A stretch of DNA of 64,000 bases, from NCBI GenBank assembly GCA_000004985.1, contig GG738917.1, one strand, 5' to 3'. Positions within the stretch are counted from its first letter, which is position 1. Each line of letters opens with the position of its first letter. This stretch comes from Naegleria gruberi. Taxonomy: Eukaryota. This document shows positions 47,115 through 57,437 of this stretch, one piece after another. The notes under the pieces were generated by a model. The model saw nothing but the letters and a program-made list of their open reading frames with translations. It ran no database searches and was not told the origin of the DNA. Made by a program: the position numbers and the translations under genes.

Positions 47115-50100
47115 ATGGACTTTGACGACGAATTAGAGTATCAATTTGCTGATACTACTACTGAAGCGAACGATGACGAAGAAGAAGAGAAGGATTTTGA
47201 AAATCTTCAGGATGACTTTAGAGAAGGAGCTAGTGAAGAGCAAATTAGTGAAGAGGAATTACACTTTCAACAAAATATCAAACCACACATTTTAGATACA
47301 ATACGGTTATTGACCAGTTTTATTATTTTCAAAGATGATGAGGAATTATCTTTCGAAGAGAATACTGAAGTCTATGCTGCTAAAAGGAAGGCTTGTATCG
47401 AATCGTTGCAAGACTTACAAGAAATTACAAAGGAGGATTTGACTAAAAGAGAGAGAAGAGTTTGGACACTTTTAATAGAGACAAATATTCACAAGAATGA
47501 ACTCTTTTCACTGCTGTCACACCACAGAAATGACTATGACATTGTGAGAGAGGTAATTGATTTGTTAGTAATTTTGAGTGAGTCTCCAGATCAAAACAAT
47601 CCGAGATTTAGAAAGTTCTCTGCTAGAGGAGGTGCTTCCGAAAGAAAGAGAGCTATTTTCTACTTTGGAAAACAAATGAAAATATTGCAAAGATTCAAAC
47701 AAGCTTTACTGTCGACTAAATACCTTCCAATCATTAGTTGGACATTAATGAATAAGGAAAATGAATCTGCACTCAAATCAAAAATGATAATAGATGAGGA
47801 AAATAAGAGGAGAGTACTTACAGAAGCTGACCTCTACTTTATTGCTATTTTCAAATTGTTAAATAACTTATTATCTATACCAGATGCCAAACATGGCAAA
47901 GTTTTACAAACTGAAGAACTCCAAACAAGAATGCAAGATGTTTTGGTCAAACAATTGCAAAATGACTGTCAATTTTTAGATTACGCTCTCGTTAAAATGA
48001 CCAAATTTATTGAGAACTATAACGAAGTATCGTCGCAATCTGAAATGAAGAGACTCTCAGAATCTTATTTACTTTTTACAAAGTTTGCTACCATGCTTTT
48101 TTGGAATGAATCTGTGAAGGATTTATTTGAAGCATCAAATCCAATAATTCCAAACAGTAATGATATAGTCATGTCACAGAATGAGGAAAATATGGAAATG
48201 GATAACAGTGAGCTGAAAAGATTGCTAAGAAAGGAGAAAATGTACAAGGATCAAGTTAAGTCTTTGATTCTCACAGGCAGACACTCTCGCTTCCAAGGCA
48301 GTCTTTTAGAAAGAGAATCAAATGTCAGTAAGGTTATTAGTAAGAACAAGGATGCTCAAAAGCTCAGTGCACTATTAGAAGAAAATGAAGAATATGATGC
48401 AGAAAAAGAAAATAAGAAGAATGATGTAAAGATACAAAAAACCTTTGTTGTGCAAAATGTAACTCACATGAATACGGCACACATGTATGCAGCTAGTGAC
48501 AATCCATTCCTTGTTGGAGGCGGACAACAAAAAGCCTCGAGTACTGGTGCTAGATTTGGTACCAAGAGATTTAATGTCATGTCAGACAAGATGGAATTGA
48601 GATTTTCTCCATCCTCTCTCGAAACTAGAAAGATCATTAAGAACTTTGCAGATGATTTGTATAGAGGCTGTTTCAATAGTAAGTTTTCTTTAAATATTTA
48701 AAGGTCTTATCCAATAATAATAATATAGCATTGATTCAACTTACTTTGCAAACTATCATCAAACAACAGGAGGATTCCATTGCCATCAACAATGAACTGG
48801 ATCAAAAATCTACTAAGGAAGCACTTGATCATGAAAGCGAAAGAAACTTTTTATTCTTAGGTCAATTCATGCTAGGTTATAACAGATACAAGTACCTGCA
48901 AAAGAAGAAGAGAGAAGAGCAAAGATCAAGTGGAGAAACTGTTGGTTTCGATATTGCTCTTATTTCTACCTTGTTGAAAGAAGGTGTTGTTTCTATGATA
49001 TTCAAGAAGTTGTTGAGTGATTACTTTTACACACAAAATACTTTTAATCTTACATTTGTAATTGGTTTCTTGAGGGAATTGTTTACAACTTTTAGATGGA
49101 TGGGTGATAAGAACTACAGTGGATCTGATGCATCAACATGGGGTAGAATTGTTTCTATTCACTTGCATCACATTCTCTATGACCCAACAAATATGGAGAG
49201 TCTTGTAAGATTAGTGAGAGAGTACAAACCATATCAAAATTCTATCAAGTACCTTTCTCATTTAGTTTTGTTGGTTGACTTGTTTATTACAGTCATTAAT
49301 GAAAATATAAGCATTGAAGCATTCTTTATGAAGTCTAAGAAAGGAGAATCCTCAACCACAGAAGATGAAGAAGAAGAGGAAGAGAACGATTCTGCCAAGC
49401 AAAAGAGATTCGAATTGGATGGTTTTAGAAGAAGATTTGCCAATCCTTCTGTTCTCAAACAGTACATGTATCTTTTCAGGTTTTATGATGTCAATCCTCC
49501 AGAAGTCAACCAATCCATTATCCAAATATTCAAGTACATTATTGAAGAATTGGATATGGAATTCATGATGTTCAGAGCATCATTCTTGAAGCTTTGTTTC
49601 AATATTCTTTCCAACAAGACGTTTATCCATGATTCATTGGGCTCATTTGAAAGAAAGGTCAATGAAGAGGTGATTGACTTTGTTCTATCAATAGTAAAGA
49701 ACTTCTTCAAGAGAGTCGATGAAGATCCATTCACTGTATGTGAAACTTTGCACTGGAGTACAATGGGCGAAGTCAGCTTGCTCAACCACGCTGATTTTGG
49801 TAGATCAGCAACTGAAGGAAGAGCATCAAGACCTGCAGAAGCTGATGATCTTGATGATTTCATCCAAGGTGAGGAAGAAGAGGAAGATGCCTTAGAAGCA
49901 ATTAGAAGAGATGAGGCCAGAGGAGTTGATGAAGAAGAAGAGCTTCCACAAGAAGAAAAGAAGAAGAAGGACAAGAAGAAGAATAAGAAAAAGAAAGACA
50001 AGAAGAAAGATGAAACAGAAGAAAACCAAGCTGAAGAAGGAACAGAAGAAAACCAAGAAGTTAAAAAGAAGAAGAAAGATAAGAAGAAGGATAAGAAGAA

Positions 50101-50407
50101 AAAGGATAAAAAGAAATCCAAAAAGAGAAAGGAAAGAGACGAAGAAGAAACTGAGGAAACTGAAGATACTGAGAGAAGTGAAAAGAAGAAGAAAAAGAAG
50201 AAAAAGAAGGAAAAACAACAACAGGAAGAATCTCTTCAAGAGGAAGAGGAACCACAAGTTGAAGAAGAAATGGCTGATGAAGAGGATCGTCTCTTACTTT
50301 CCAGTGATGATAGTGATGATGAAAAGAGTAGAGGAAGACTGAAGAAAGTTACACAAAAAAGAGTCTTACCAAATTCATTCTTAAATCTCGATTTTGAGGA
50401 TGAATAA
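47115..50407 (+). CDS. Large two-exon nuclear-type protein with acidic N-terminus and long K/E/D-rich C-terminal tail; Timeless/Tof1-like architecture is only a weak guess
   Basis: Exon 1 47115..48678 (...YRGCFN); 50-nt intron 48679..48728 (GTAAGTTTTCTTTAAATATTTAAAGGTCTTATCCAATAATAATAATATAG); exon 2 48729..50407 in phase 1 (T-LIQLTLQTIIKQQ...), matching track ORF 48731..50407, whose 'M' is TTG. The tail carries KKKDKKKNKKKKDKKKDE.. runs plus SSDDSDDE. About 1079 aa. Confidence 0.5.
48679..48728 (+). other. Spliceosomal intron (50 nt)
   Basis: GTAAGT...ATATAG; joins track ORFs 47115..48701 and 48731..50407 in frame. Confidence 0.7.
49890..50260 (+). repeat. Polypurine (AAG/GAA)n-rich coding low-complexity tract (K/E tail)
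   Basis: About 370 nt almost purely A/G on the + strand. Spawns shadow ORFs on both strands (49483..50121-, 49892..50257-, 49911..50342+, 50061..50255-). Confidence 0.6.
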
Positions 50408-50426
50408 ATTACAAAATTTGTAAAAT

Positions 50427-52103
50427 TTATGGAGAGCTTTGAATACGATTGACAATGGCTGAAACAAGGGCAGAATTATGAACCTCTGCGCCAATACCCA
50501 ATGACTCTCTATCCTTCAAAATGCAACCACTCTTCTTAATACACAAACCAATAGCTGTTTCCAAGATGGTTCCAGTAGATCTCAAAGAATAGCATGGAGC
50601 AACCTTTTGACAACCATAGTAAAAGTATCTGGTAGCACAAGCAGAGAATATTGCGTTACCTCTAATATCTTGTAAACAATCCAATTGACAGGCAACACAT
50701 GGAGTGTTATCAACACCAGCAAAGGAAGCTCTGTCAGGCATTGGATAATCTGATGGACCAGTAACGTGGAATGAGCTAGGAGCAGAAGAAACCAAACCCT
50801 TTGCAGTGGAAGATAAAGAATTCTTAACTTCGTTGGTAGTTTTCTTTTCTCCTTCACTGGCCTTTTCTTTCAATTCCTTTTTAACTTCTGCAATCTTGGC
50901 AAGTGTGAATTCAGCTTTCAAACCATACTTTTTGTTCTTTAAAGTATTGAAAGCTTTCTTATTGAGAGATTTCAATCCTCTTCCCTTACCACCTTTCTTT
51001 CCTCTTCTGCCACCTCTTCTTCCACCTCTTTTACCACCTTTACCTCTTCTTCCACCCTTTCCTTTACCTCTTTTACCACCTTTTCCACCTCTTCTTCCAC
51101 CTTTGCCTCCTTTCTTTCCACCTTTACCTTTTCCACCTTTTCCTTTACCTCCTTTACCTTTTCCACCTTTTCCACCTTTTCCACCTTTTCCTTTACCTCC
51201 TTTTCCTTTTCCACCTTTACCTCCTTTTCCACCTTTGCCTCCCTTTCTTCCAGAATTTCCACCTTTCTTTCCACCATTTGATTTTCCTCCTCTTTTACCT
51301 CCTTTGGCTCCAACAGAATTTCCACCACCTCTTTTACCACCTTTTCCTCCTCTACCTTGTTGTTTTGATGTGGAACGAGCTGTACGACCACCACTGAGAG
51401 CTCCTCTCTTTCCAGATGGTTTACCACCAGTAGCACCAGCACCAGCACGTGAAGCAGATTTTCCACCTCTTTTACCACCAACACCACGTGAAGCAGATTT
51501 TCCAACAGATCCAGAAGTAGCACCAGTACCAGTACCAGCACCACCACGTGAAGCTCCTTTTCCACCTCCTCTTTTACCACCTCCTCCAGAAGAAGTAGCA
51601 CCACCACGAGATACTGAACCACTTCCTCTTCCAACAGAACTTCTTCCACTACTACCACCACTACTAGCACCTCCTCTTGAACCAGCTGATGATGATGAAG
51701 ATGATCTTCCACCACCACTACTACTAGCTCCTCCACCTCTAGAACCTCCTCCAGAAGATGATCCACCACCTCCTCTGGAACCTCCTCCAGAAGATGCTCC
51801 ACCACCTCGTGATCCACCTCCACCACCAGAAGATGATCCACCACCACCTCTTGAACCTCCACCGCCTCCACCACGTCCTAAAGTGTTGATGTTATCCTCA
51901 ATTAATTCTACATCTTCATCTTCATCAGAAGACAATGTAGCAGCAGCTACTACAACGGTACGTTTTTTTCCTGATGAACTGGTCTTGGCAGGTCCACGAC
52001 ATTGACTTGCTGTGGCATTGACACTTTCACATAGTAAAAAACATTGTATGCTGATAATTGCCAGAATAGCGAAAAGTAAAAGACGAATATTCCACTGTGG
52101 CAT
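50427..52103 (-). CDS. Secreted Gly/Arg/Ser/Lys-rich protein with conserved C-terminal 8-Cys domain (family member 1)
   Basis: ATG 52103; signal peptide MPQWNIRLLLFAILAIISIQCFLLCESVNA; TASQCRGP; dibasic SGKKR; acidic patch DEDEDVELIED; ~250 aa of GGGGSRGGG / GGKGGKGKGGKG repeats. C-terminus: ...FHVTGPSDYPMPDRASFAGVDNTPCVACQLDCLQDIRGNAIFSACATRYFYYGCQKVAPCYSLRSTGTILETAIGLCIKKSGCILKDRESLGIGAEVHNSALVSAIVNRIQSSP, alignable residue-for-residue with members 2 and 3. Confidence 0.75.
   Translation of the reverse strand: MPQWNIRLLLFAILAIISIQCFLLCESVNATASQCRGPAKTSSSGKKRTVVVAAATLSSDEDEDVELIEDNINTLGRGGGGGGSRGGGGSSSGGGGGSRGGGASSGGGSRGGGGSSSGGGSRGGGASSSGGGRSSSSSSAGSRGGASSGGSSGRSSVGRGSGSVSRGGATSSGGGGKRGGGKGASRGGAGTGTGATSGSVGKSASRGVGGKRGGKSASRAGAGATGGKPSGKRGALSGGRTARSTSKQQGRGGKGGKRGGGNSVGAKGGKRGGKSNGGKKGGNSGRKGGKGGKGGKGGKGKGGKGKGGKGGKGGKGKGGKGKGGKGKGGKKGGKGGRRGGKGGKRGKGKGGRRGKGGKRGGRRGGRRGKKGGKGRGLKSLNKKAFNTLKNKKYGLKAEFTLAKIAEVKKELKEKASEGEKKTTNEVKNSLSSTAKGLVSSAPSSFHVTGPSDYPMPDRASFAGVDNTPCVACQLDCLQDIRGNAIFSACATRYFYYGCQKVAPCYSLRSTGTILETAIGLCIKKSGCILKDRESLGIGAEVHNSALVSAIVNRIQSSP
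50990..51330. repeat. Degenerate tandem codon repeats (GGT/GGA/AAA/AGA units) encoding KGGKGKGG / RGGKGG
   Basis: Visible as cctttacctttt / ccaccttttcc periodicity on the + strand. Source of shadow ORFs 50806..52005(+) and 50972..51874(-). Confidence 0.6.
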
Positions 52104-52459
52104 TTTGTTTTTAATGACTTTTTTGCGTTGCGAGAAGTGAAAGTGTCACTACTCAACATTTGATGTGATTTGAAGCTATTTGTGGCGAACTGGAAAGTTT
52201 CTGGACACATTTCGGGTTGAGTTTATTGGATTGGGAAAGAAGAGGACAATTAAACCAATGTATTTAGTTCAAATATTGTAAAGTTTCGTAATCAATAGTA
52301 AGTAGTATTGAAGTGAAACATTCGAATATTTTGGATTAACTCTCATTGTAAATAGAAACATTGTTTAATATTTCTCATATCGGTATATACTTTTATAAAA
52401 TATTACTCCAATTATGAGATTTGATTTTATTCGAAACATTTCTAATAACTCACAAATAT

Positions 52460-53557
52460 TTAAATTCTTCTTTCAATGGCTGAGGTAATATATTGCATTG
52501 CATTTGAAATTGTTCTATTCACTTGTTCTTCATTTCCAATCGATGGATTCACCTCTACCAAATCCATTCCAACAAATTTCGAATATTTTTGACATTTTCT
52601 ACAAATCTTTAATCCATCCTGATGTGAAATTCCATTCTCCACAGCTGTTCCTGTACTTGGTGTAAATTCTGGATCAATACCATCCACGTCAAAACTCAAA
52701 AATAATGGAAATTCTGATTGATTTAAATTCAAGTGTGAAAAACATTCTTCCAAACAATATTCGATTTCTAATTGATGAATTTCACTTGCAGTAAAGTGTT
52801 GAATTTTGAACTTTTTCAAGATTTCTTGTTCGAAAGAATCGACATCTCGAAGACCCAAGTAAGCCAACCGAGAAGAAACTAGGAGATTGATTTCTTCATT
52901 CATCCATTCGAAACCAATGTGTGAATTTCTTTCCTCTCCCAAAATTGATTGACCACAGAGGAAAGCAAGTGGCATACCATGCATATTCTTACTCATTGAA
53001 TCTGATTGGTGTCAAATAGTTTATCGACAAGTGACAGAGTTGAGAGTTTAAATAAAAACAAGAAACAAACCTTTTGGAGTGTTAATGTCTGCATGAGCAT
53101 CCACCCACAGTACTCTTAAATCTGGATATTCCATTAACATGGCATAAATTGAGCCAATTGCCACAGAATGATCTCCACCAATGTTTACTATAAATGGTTT
53201 CTTATTGGATTGAACTTGGAAAATAGTGTTGATTGTTTCGGCAATTTGTTGATTGAAGGAGCCAACTCTTCTCTGATTGAGACAAATCTCCATATCATCA
53301 GCCTCTTTGTCTACCAATGTTGAAGGACTTTTCGAATAATCTGGACTATTACTATTCGAATCTCTCTTTTCATTAATTTTAATAACTGGCAAGTGATTTA
53401 ACAATTGTGTTTGTAGTAAATGATAAGCTCCCAACTCAACACCCTCTCTTCTCTGACCCAAGCCACACCAACTTTCCAGAATTACAACATTCTCATTGTT
53501 TTCCTCTTGTTGATTTCTCATCATGTTATCAATGATATTCATTAGCTGTGGATGCAT
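52460..53557 (-). CDS. Arginase-family (ureohydrolase: arginase/agmatinase-type) enzyme, two exons
   Basis: Exon 1 53557..53071 (ATG 53557; ...IVNIGGDHSVAIGSI...[14 protein letters not shown]); 69-nt intron 53070..53002 (GTTTGTTTCTTG...CACCAATCAG); exon 2 53001..52463 in phase 1 (D-SMSKNMHGMPLAFLCGQ...SFDVDGIDP...GMDLVEVNP). All binuclear-metal ligand motifs (GGDHS, DAHAD, SxDVDxxDP) are present. Compare arginase [25 protein letters not shown]. Confidence 0.85.
53002..53070 (-). other. Spliceosomal intron (69 nt) with GTTTGT donor
   Basis: Splitting restores the arginase DAHADINTP...HGMPLAFL block; phase-1 junction. Confidence 0.8.
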
Positions 53558-54142
53558 CTATGATAACTTGTGTATTAATAAGTTTGTTTTTTTTATGTGG
53601 TGAAGAATACGTTAGAACATCCAGTTCTAAACTCTCACTTTAAAAACACATGTTTGGTTGTGTGAATTGCCAATTTAGATGCAACTTATCTTCTATCGAT
53701 TGGAAACATACCTTAACAAGGATCGCCGTTCACATGTTACTGAAATGTGCGTTCAGTTAACATTGTTTTTAACTCAACAACTTGTCAATGTTCTTGTAGT
53801 ATACTCTCAAATTCATTTAAGAAACCTTAGCCGTGTGGGTGGTACTTTACTGATCCATTGCAGATAAGAGTTGAGCTGTAGTAAGTTACGACATTATTTT
53901 CAGTGAATAGGAAAACTTCCACAACAACATCATAAAGAGATGGTAAGAAAAGAAGTGAATTCATTCTAAGGGAAATTACCAATATTTACCATCCAAATAA
54001 ATCATATCCCTCAATAGTCAAACGAAATAAGCCTCATCCAAGTATGAAACTAGATAATAATGAAGAAACTGTTGCAAAAGAAAATATAATATTCATTCAA
54101 ATTCATCTAAAATTATTGCCTATTAAAATAAACATATCAACA

Positions 54143-55336
54143 TTAAGCAGAATTTCTAATCTTTGCAACAATTGCTTGGACTTTTGCATTGCCTGAAGCT
54201 CTTGGATCAATTCCTAAATCAGCATTAGATTTGAAACTACATCCACTCTTTTCCAAACACAATCCAAGTCCAACCTCTGTAATGTAAGCATTTTCTCTGA
54301 GAGTGTAACATGGTGCTACTTGCTGACATCCATAAAAGTAATATTGCTTTGGGCAGTTAGAAAATACAGAGCCAGCAAAACTTTGGAAATATTGCATGCA
54401 ATCCAATTTACATGCAACACATTCAGATTGTTGCTTTCCAAAGAATGAGTTACGATTTGCGTGAGAGGTTGAAGTTGGACCTGTAATATTAAAACGAGAT
54501 GGATTATAGTCAACTGTTCTTCTTGCACCTTCAGAGAGGGAAGACCTACCTGAGGCTGGTGGTGCTGCTTTAACTGCTGGCTTAACTGGGACCTTTGGTT
54601 TGACTACAACTTTTGGTTTAACTACAACCTTTGGTTTGACAGCTGGTTTGACATTCTTGACCTTACTTTTAACCTTACTCTTAGTCTTTGATTTGGCCTT
54701 TGATTTACTCTTGGACTTACTCTTTGATTTACTCTTTGATTTGCTCTTTGATTTACTGGTTGACTTGGACTTGCTCTTTGACTTACTAGCAGACTTGCTC
54801 TTTGATTTACTTGCTGATGACTTACTAGATTTGGATTTACTAGCAGATGACTTTCCTGATTTACCTGATTTACCAGATTTACCAGCTCCCTTACCAGCTC
54901 CTCTTCCAGAACCCTTACCAGCTCCTCCTCTTCCAGAACCTTTTCCACCTCCTCTACCAGCACCTCCTCTTCCAGCAGATCCACCACGAGATCCAGAACC
55001 TCCTCTTCCTGATCCACCTCTACCACCACCTCCACCTCTACCACCAGAGGAACCTCCACGACCTCCTCCACCGCCTCCACCTCTACCTCCACCTCCGCCT
55101 CCAGAGCCACCTCCTTTACCGAGAGTGAAAGCATCTGAAAGGGTTTCTTCCAATAATTCTTCCTCCTCCAAATCATCAGAAAGTGTAGTTACTCCTCTTT
55201 TAGCAGAACTCTTGGCTGTATTATCTGGGCCTCTACATTGACTTGCTGTTCCTTCAACAACAATACTGTTACCCAATAAAAATACCAACACAAGAGTTGT
55301 TATTAGAAATAAACAGACGAAACAACGACTTGACAT
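54143..55336 (-). CDS. Secreted Gly/Arg/Ser/Lys-rich protein with conserved C-terminal 8-Cys domain (family member 2)
   Basis: ATG 55336; signal peptide MSSRCFVCLFLITTLVLVFLLGNSIVVEG; TASQCRGP; dibasic SAKR; acidic DDLEEEELLEE; GGGSGGGGGGRGGGG.. block; (SK)n / KSKSKS block; KPKVVVKPKVVVKPKVPVKP. C-terminus: ...FNITGPTSTSHANRNSFFGKQQSECVACKLDCMQYFQSFAGSVFSNCPKQYYFYGCQQVAPCYTLRENAYITEVGLGLCLEKSGCSFKSNADLGIDPRASGNAKVQAIVAKIRNSA. Confidence 0.75.
   Translation of the reverse strand: MSSRCFVCLFLITTLVLVFLLGNSIVVEGTASQCRGPDNTAKSSAKRGVTTLSDDLEEEELLEETLSDAFTLGKGGGSGGGGGGRGGGGGGGRGGSSGGRGGGGGRGGSGRGGSGSRGGSAGRGGAGRGGGKGSGRGGAGKGSGRGAGKGAGKSGKSGKSGKSSASKSKSSKSSASKSKSKSASKSKSKSKSTSKSKSKSKSKSKSKSKSKSKAKSKTKSKVKSKVKNVKPAVKPKVVVKPKVVVKPKVPVKPAVKAAPPASGRSSLSEGARRTVDYNPSRFNITGPTSTSHANRNSFFGKQQSECVACKLDCMQYFQSFAGSVFSNCPKQYYFYGCQQVAPCYTLRENAYITEVGLGLCLEKSGCSFKSNADLGIDPRASGNAKVQAIVAKIRNSA
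54590..54900. repeat. Coding tandem repeats: 21-nt x3 (VKPKVVV) and 12/24-nt units (KSKS...)
   Basis: gacctttggtttgactacaac-ttttggtttaactacaac-ctttggtttgacagc; then ctctttgatttact-type repeats through ~54890. Shadow ORFs 54600..55241(+), 54622..55176(-), 54847..55128(+). Confidence 0.6.
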
Positions 55337-55660
55337 TTTTTCTGATAAAGAGTGTCAGTTTGTTGTTGGAGTACGAGGAAGAGACATGATTGGTATGCAG
55401 TAACACATGAGTTTGATTACAATCATCCTTTCCAGTTACTAATTTTCTTATAGATAGATTATAATGAAGGAAATTGCTAATGTTTGTTCAACACTTTAGA
55501 TAGCAACGAAATTGTGTTGTATTTGAAACAATATTGTTATTGTAATCTTGGTTTGATTTGAGTAAAAGGAAATTTGATTTTGATGCATCTAATTTTCAAC
55601 TAGTCATTCCAAATCTGCACATGTGAAATTGTTGTAAATATTATAGTAGGTGAGGTATTA

Positions 55661-57049
55661 TTAAAACAAATCCTCAATGTCCACATTTTCCCATCCTTTG
55701 AAAAATATTCCCTTCTTATTGACATTTAGCATTTTAGCTTCCCATTCTCTGTATCCTTTGATTGGTGCATCAGCGTTTACAATTTTACTGAATACTTTAA
55801 CTCCATTATTAACATTTTCATAAACTCCTGCCAGTAGTTCTAAATCCTGATCAAATATCATATCAACTGTTTTAGCAAATTTGTTTCGTATGAAAGGAAT
55901 CTTGTTCAGAAAATTCAATATGGAGAGGGAGGAATAGAACTTGAATATTACTTTAACTTCACCTTCTCCTGTTGGAATTAAGCAAAATACTTGTGACATT
56001 CTTGGACCTGATCTTTCATTTGCAATATAGTCAGTGGTGTCCATTCTTACAAAGCAAGGTGGAATGAATGATAACTGAACCATAAATTCTGATTTCAGAC
56101 CTGGAATTTTCTTGAATTCTGGTTTTGTGAATCGATAAGTGAAAGAATCTTGATGAATACTTTGATCGTATTGCATTTCTTTTGGAATGAGTCTTCTCGA
56201 TGGATTGTCTGATGGGATATCTTTAGATATTACGAGTTGGCTTTGAATCTGTGTGGCTTGACTTCTCTTTCCAATAGTTCCATCATGTGTAAAATCCAAA
56301 TGAGCAGGGTCAAGCAAATTCTCCAATACAAACGAGTAATGACAAGGTAGGTCTCTTGTGTTTTCTATTAACACTTCTAGTTTTGAAGAATCATCAGTTA
56401 AAAATTCTTCTCTAAATAATTCCAAAGGTATTTGATTAATATCTGCCTTAACCTTATCATTGGGAAATACCCAAATTAGTCCACAACATTCATGAACTTG
56501 TTTTGCTTGGCACTTGATGGTAGAGCACAATCCTTTCATTCTTTCAGACGAAACTGATGGAATTCTAACACATTGTCCTTCTTTTTCAAACCTCCAACCA
56601 TGATAAGCACATTCCAAGGATCTTTTCCCTTCGAATTCTGTAACTTGTCCTGTAGAAAGTTTGGCAGATCTGTGAGGGCATAAATCTTTCACACAAGTAA
56701 TATTGCCATCACTAGTTCTATACAATGCAAGTGGTTCTCCAAATAGCTTGATTGTTTTTGGTTTAGAATCAGTGATGGAAACATCTTTTGAAAGTGCCAC
56801 TGGATACCAAAACAAGGTCATTTCCAAATTTGTAACATCTGATTTGGTTTTAAATGTATCATTAGGAAATTTCTCAATAATATTCTTTTGTTTAAATATG
56901 AACGAAAAATCCAACCAATCAAATAATCGTAGATAATACTTTGATACTACAACCAATCCTCCCACAACGATAGCACCCAATGCTAGGAGCATGCTGATTG
57001 AATATTCCGATCCTAATACTTTACTTCCTATCTTTACGAGTTGTTGCAT
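55661..57049 (-). CDS. Rieske [2Fe-2S] non-heme iron oxygenase, membrane-anchored (PAO/Neverland/KshA-like)
   Basis: ATG 57049; N-terminal TM LGAIVVGGLVVVSKYYL; Rieske motif CPHRSAKLSTGQVTEFEGKRSLECAYHGWRF (CxH...CxxH); mononuclear Fe motif ENLLDPAHLDFTHDG (D..H....H). 462 aa. Confidence 0.8.
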   Translation of the reverse strand: MQQLVKIGSKVLGSEYSISMLLALGAIVVGGLVVVSKYYLRLFDWLDFSFIFKQKNIIEKFPNDTFKTKSDVTNLEMTLFWYPVALSKDVSITDSKPKTIKLFGEPLALYRTSDGNITCVKDLCPHRSAKLSTGQVTEFEGKRSLECAYHGWRFEKEGQCVRIPSVSSERMKGLCSTIKCQAKQVHECCGLIWVFPNDKVKADINQIPLELFREEFLTDDSSKLEVLIENTRDLPCHYSFVLENLLDPAHLDFTHDGTIGKRSQATQIQSQLVISKDIPSDNPSRRLIPKEMQYDQSIHQDSFTYRFTKPEFKKIPGLKSEFMVQLSFIPPCFVRMDTTDYIANERSGPRMSQVFCLIPTGEGEVKVIFKFYSSLSILNFLNKIPFIRNKFAKTVDMIFDQDLELLAGVYENVNNGVKVFSKIVNADAPIKGYREWEAKMLNVNKKGIFFKGWENVDIEDLF

Positions 57050-57437
57050 TTTTTAAAAGAAATTTGATCTTACTTAATCTTGCCTTTACATCATGGCTAA
57101 TTGATCAAGTCGAGTGATAGAAGCTAGGAGGAGATTTAAATTACAACACTAACAAAACGCACTTGAGAAAATCAACAACCAGAAAATATTAGCCTTAAAC
57201 TTTAAGCATTTTTAATCTTAAAAAATATTGATGAAGAGAAGTAAGAAAATGGAAATTCTTCTTACAATTAATTCATAAGAAGTTGATAGGAGAGCTTATT
57301 ATCAATGTCCTTTCAATGTCCACTCAATGTCCACCTAGCTGGAGATGCGAATGATGTCCTCGGTAATGAAATATTAGGAATCCGAAAACCATCATCATAT
57401 TAGACAATTACACTTCATTGAATATTATTTAAACAAA

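Noticed and set aside
49483-50342. Four overlapping ORFs (both strands) inside the K/E-rich tail of the 47115-50407 gene.
   Set aside because: Polypurine (AAG/GAA)n tract; the alternative frames are low-complexity artefacts with no independent start context.
50806-52005. Long + strand ORF (399 aa, Pro/Leu-rich PPLLPPLPP...) and other-frame ORF 50972..51874 overlapping family member 1; similarly 54600..55241(+), 54622..55176(-), 54847..55128(+) over member 2 and 63276..63941(+), 63433..63975(-) over member 3.
   Set aside because: Shadow ORFs generated by codon-level tandem repeats (GGN/AAR units are stop-free in several frames). Only the minus-strand frame carries a signal peptide and the Cys domain conserved across all three paralogues.
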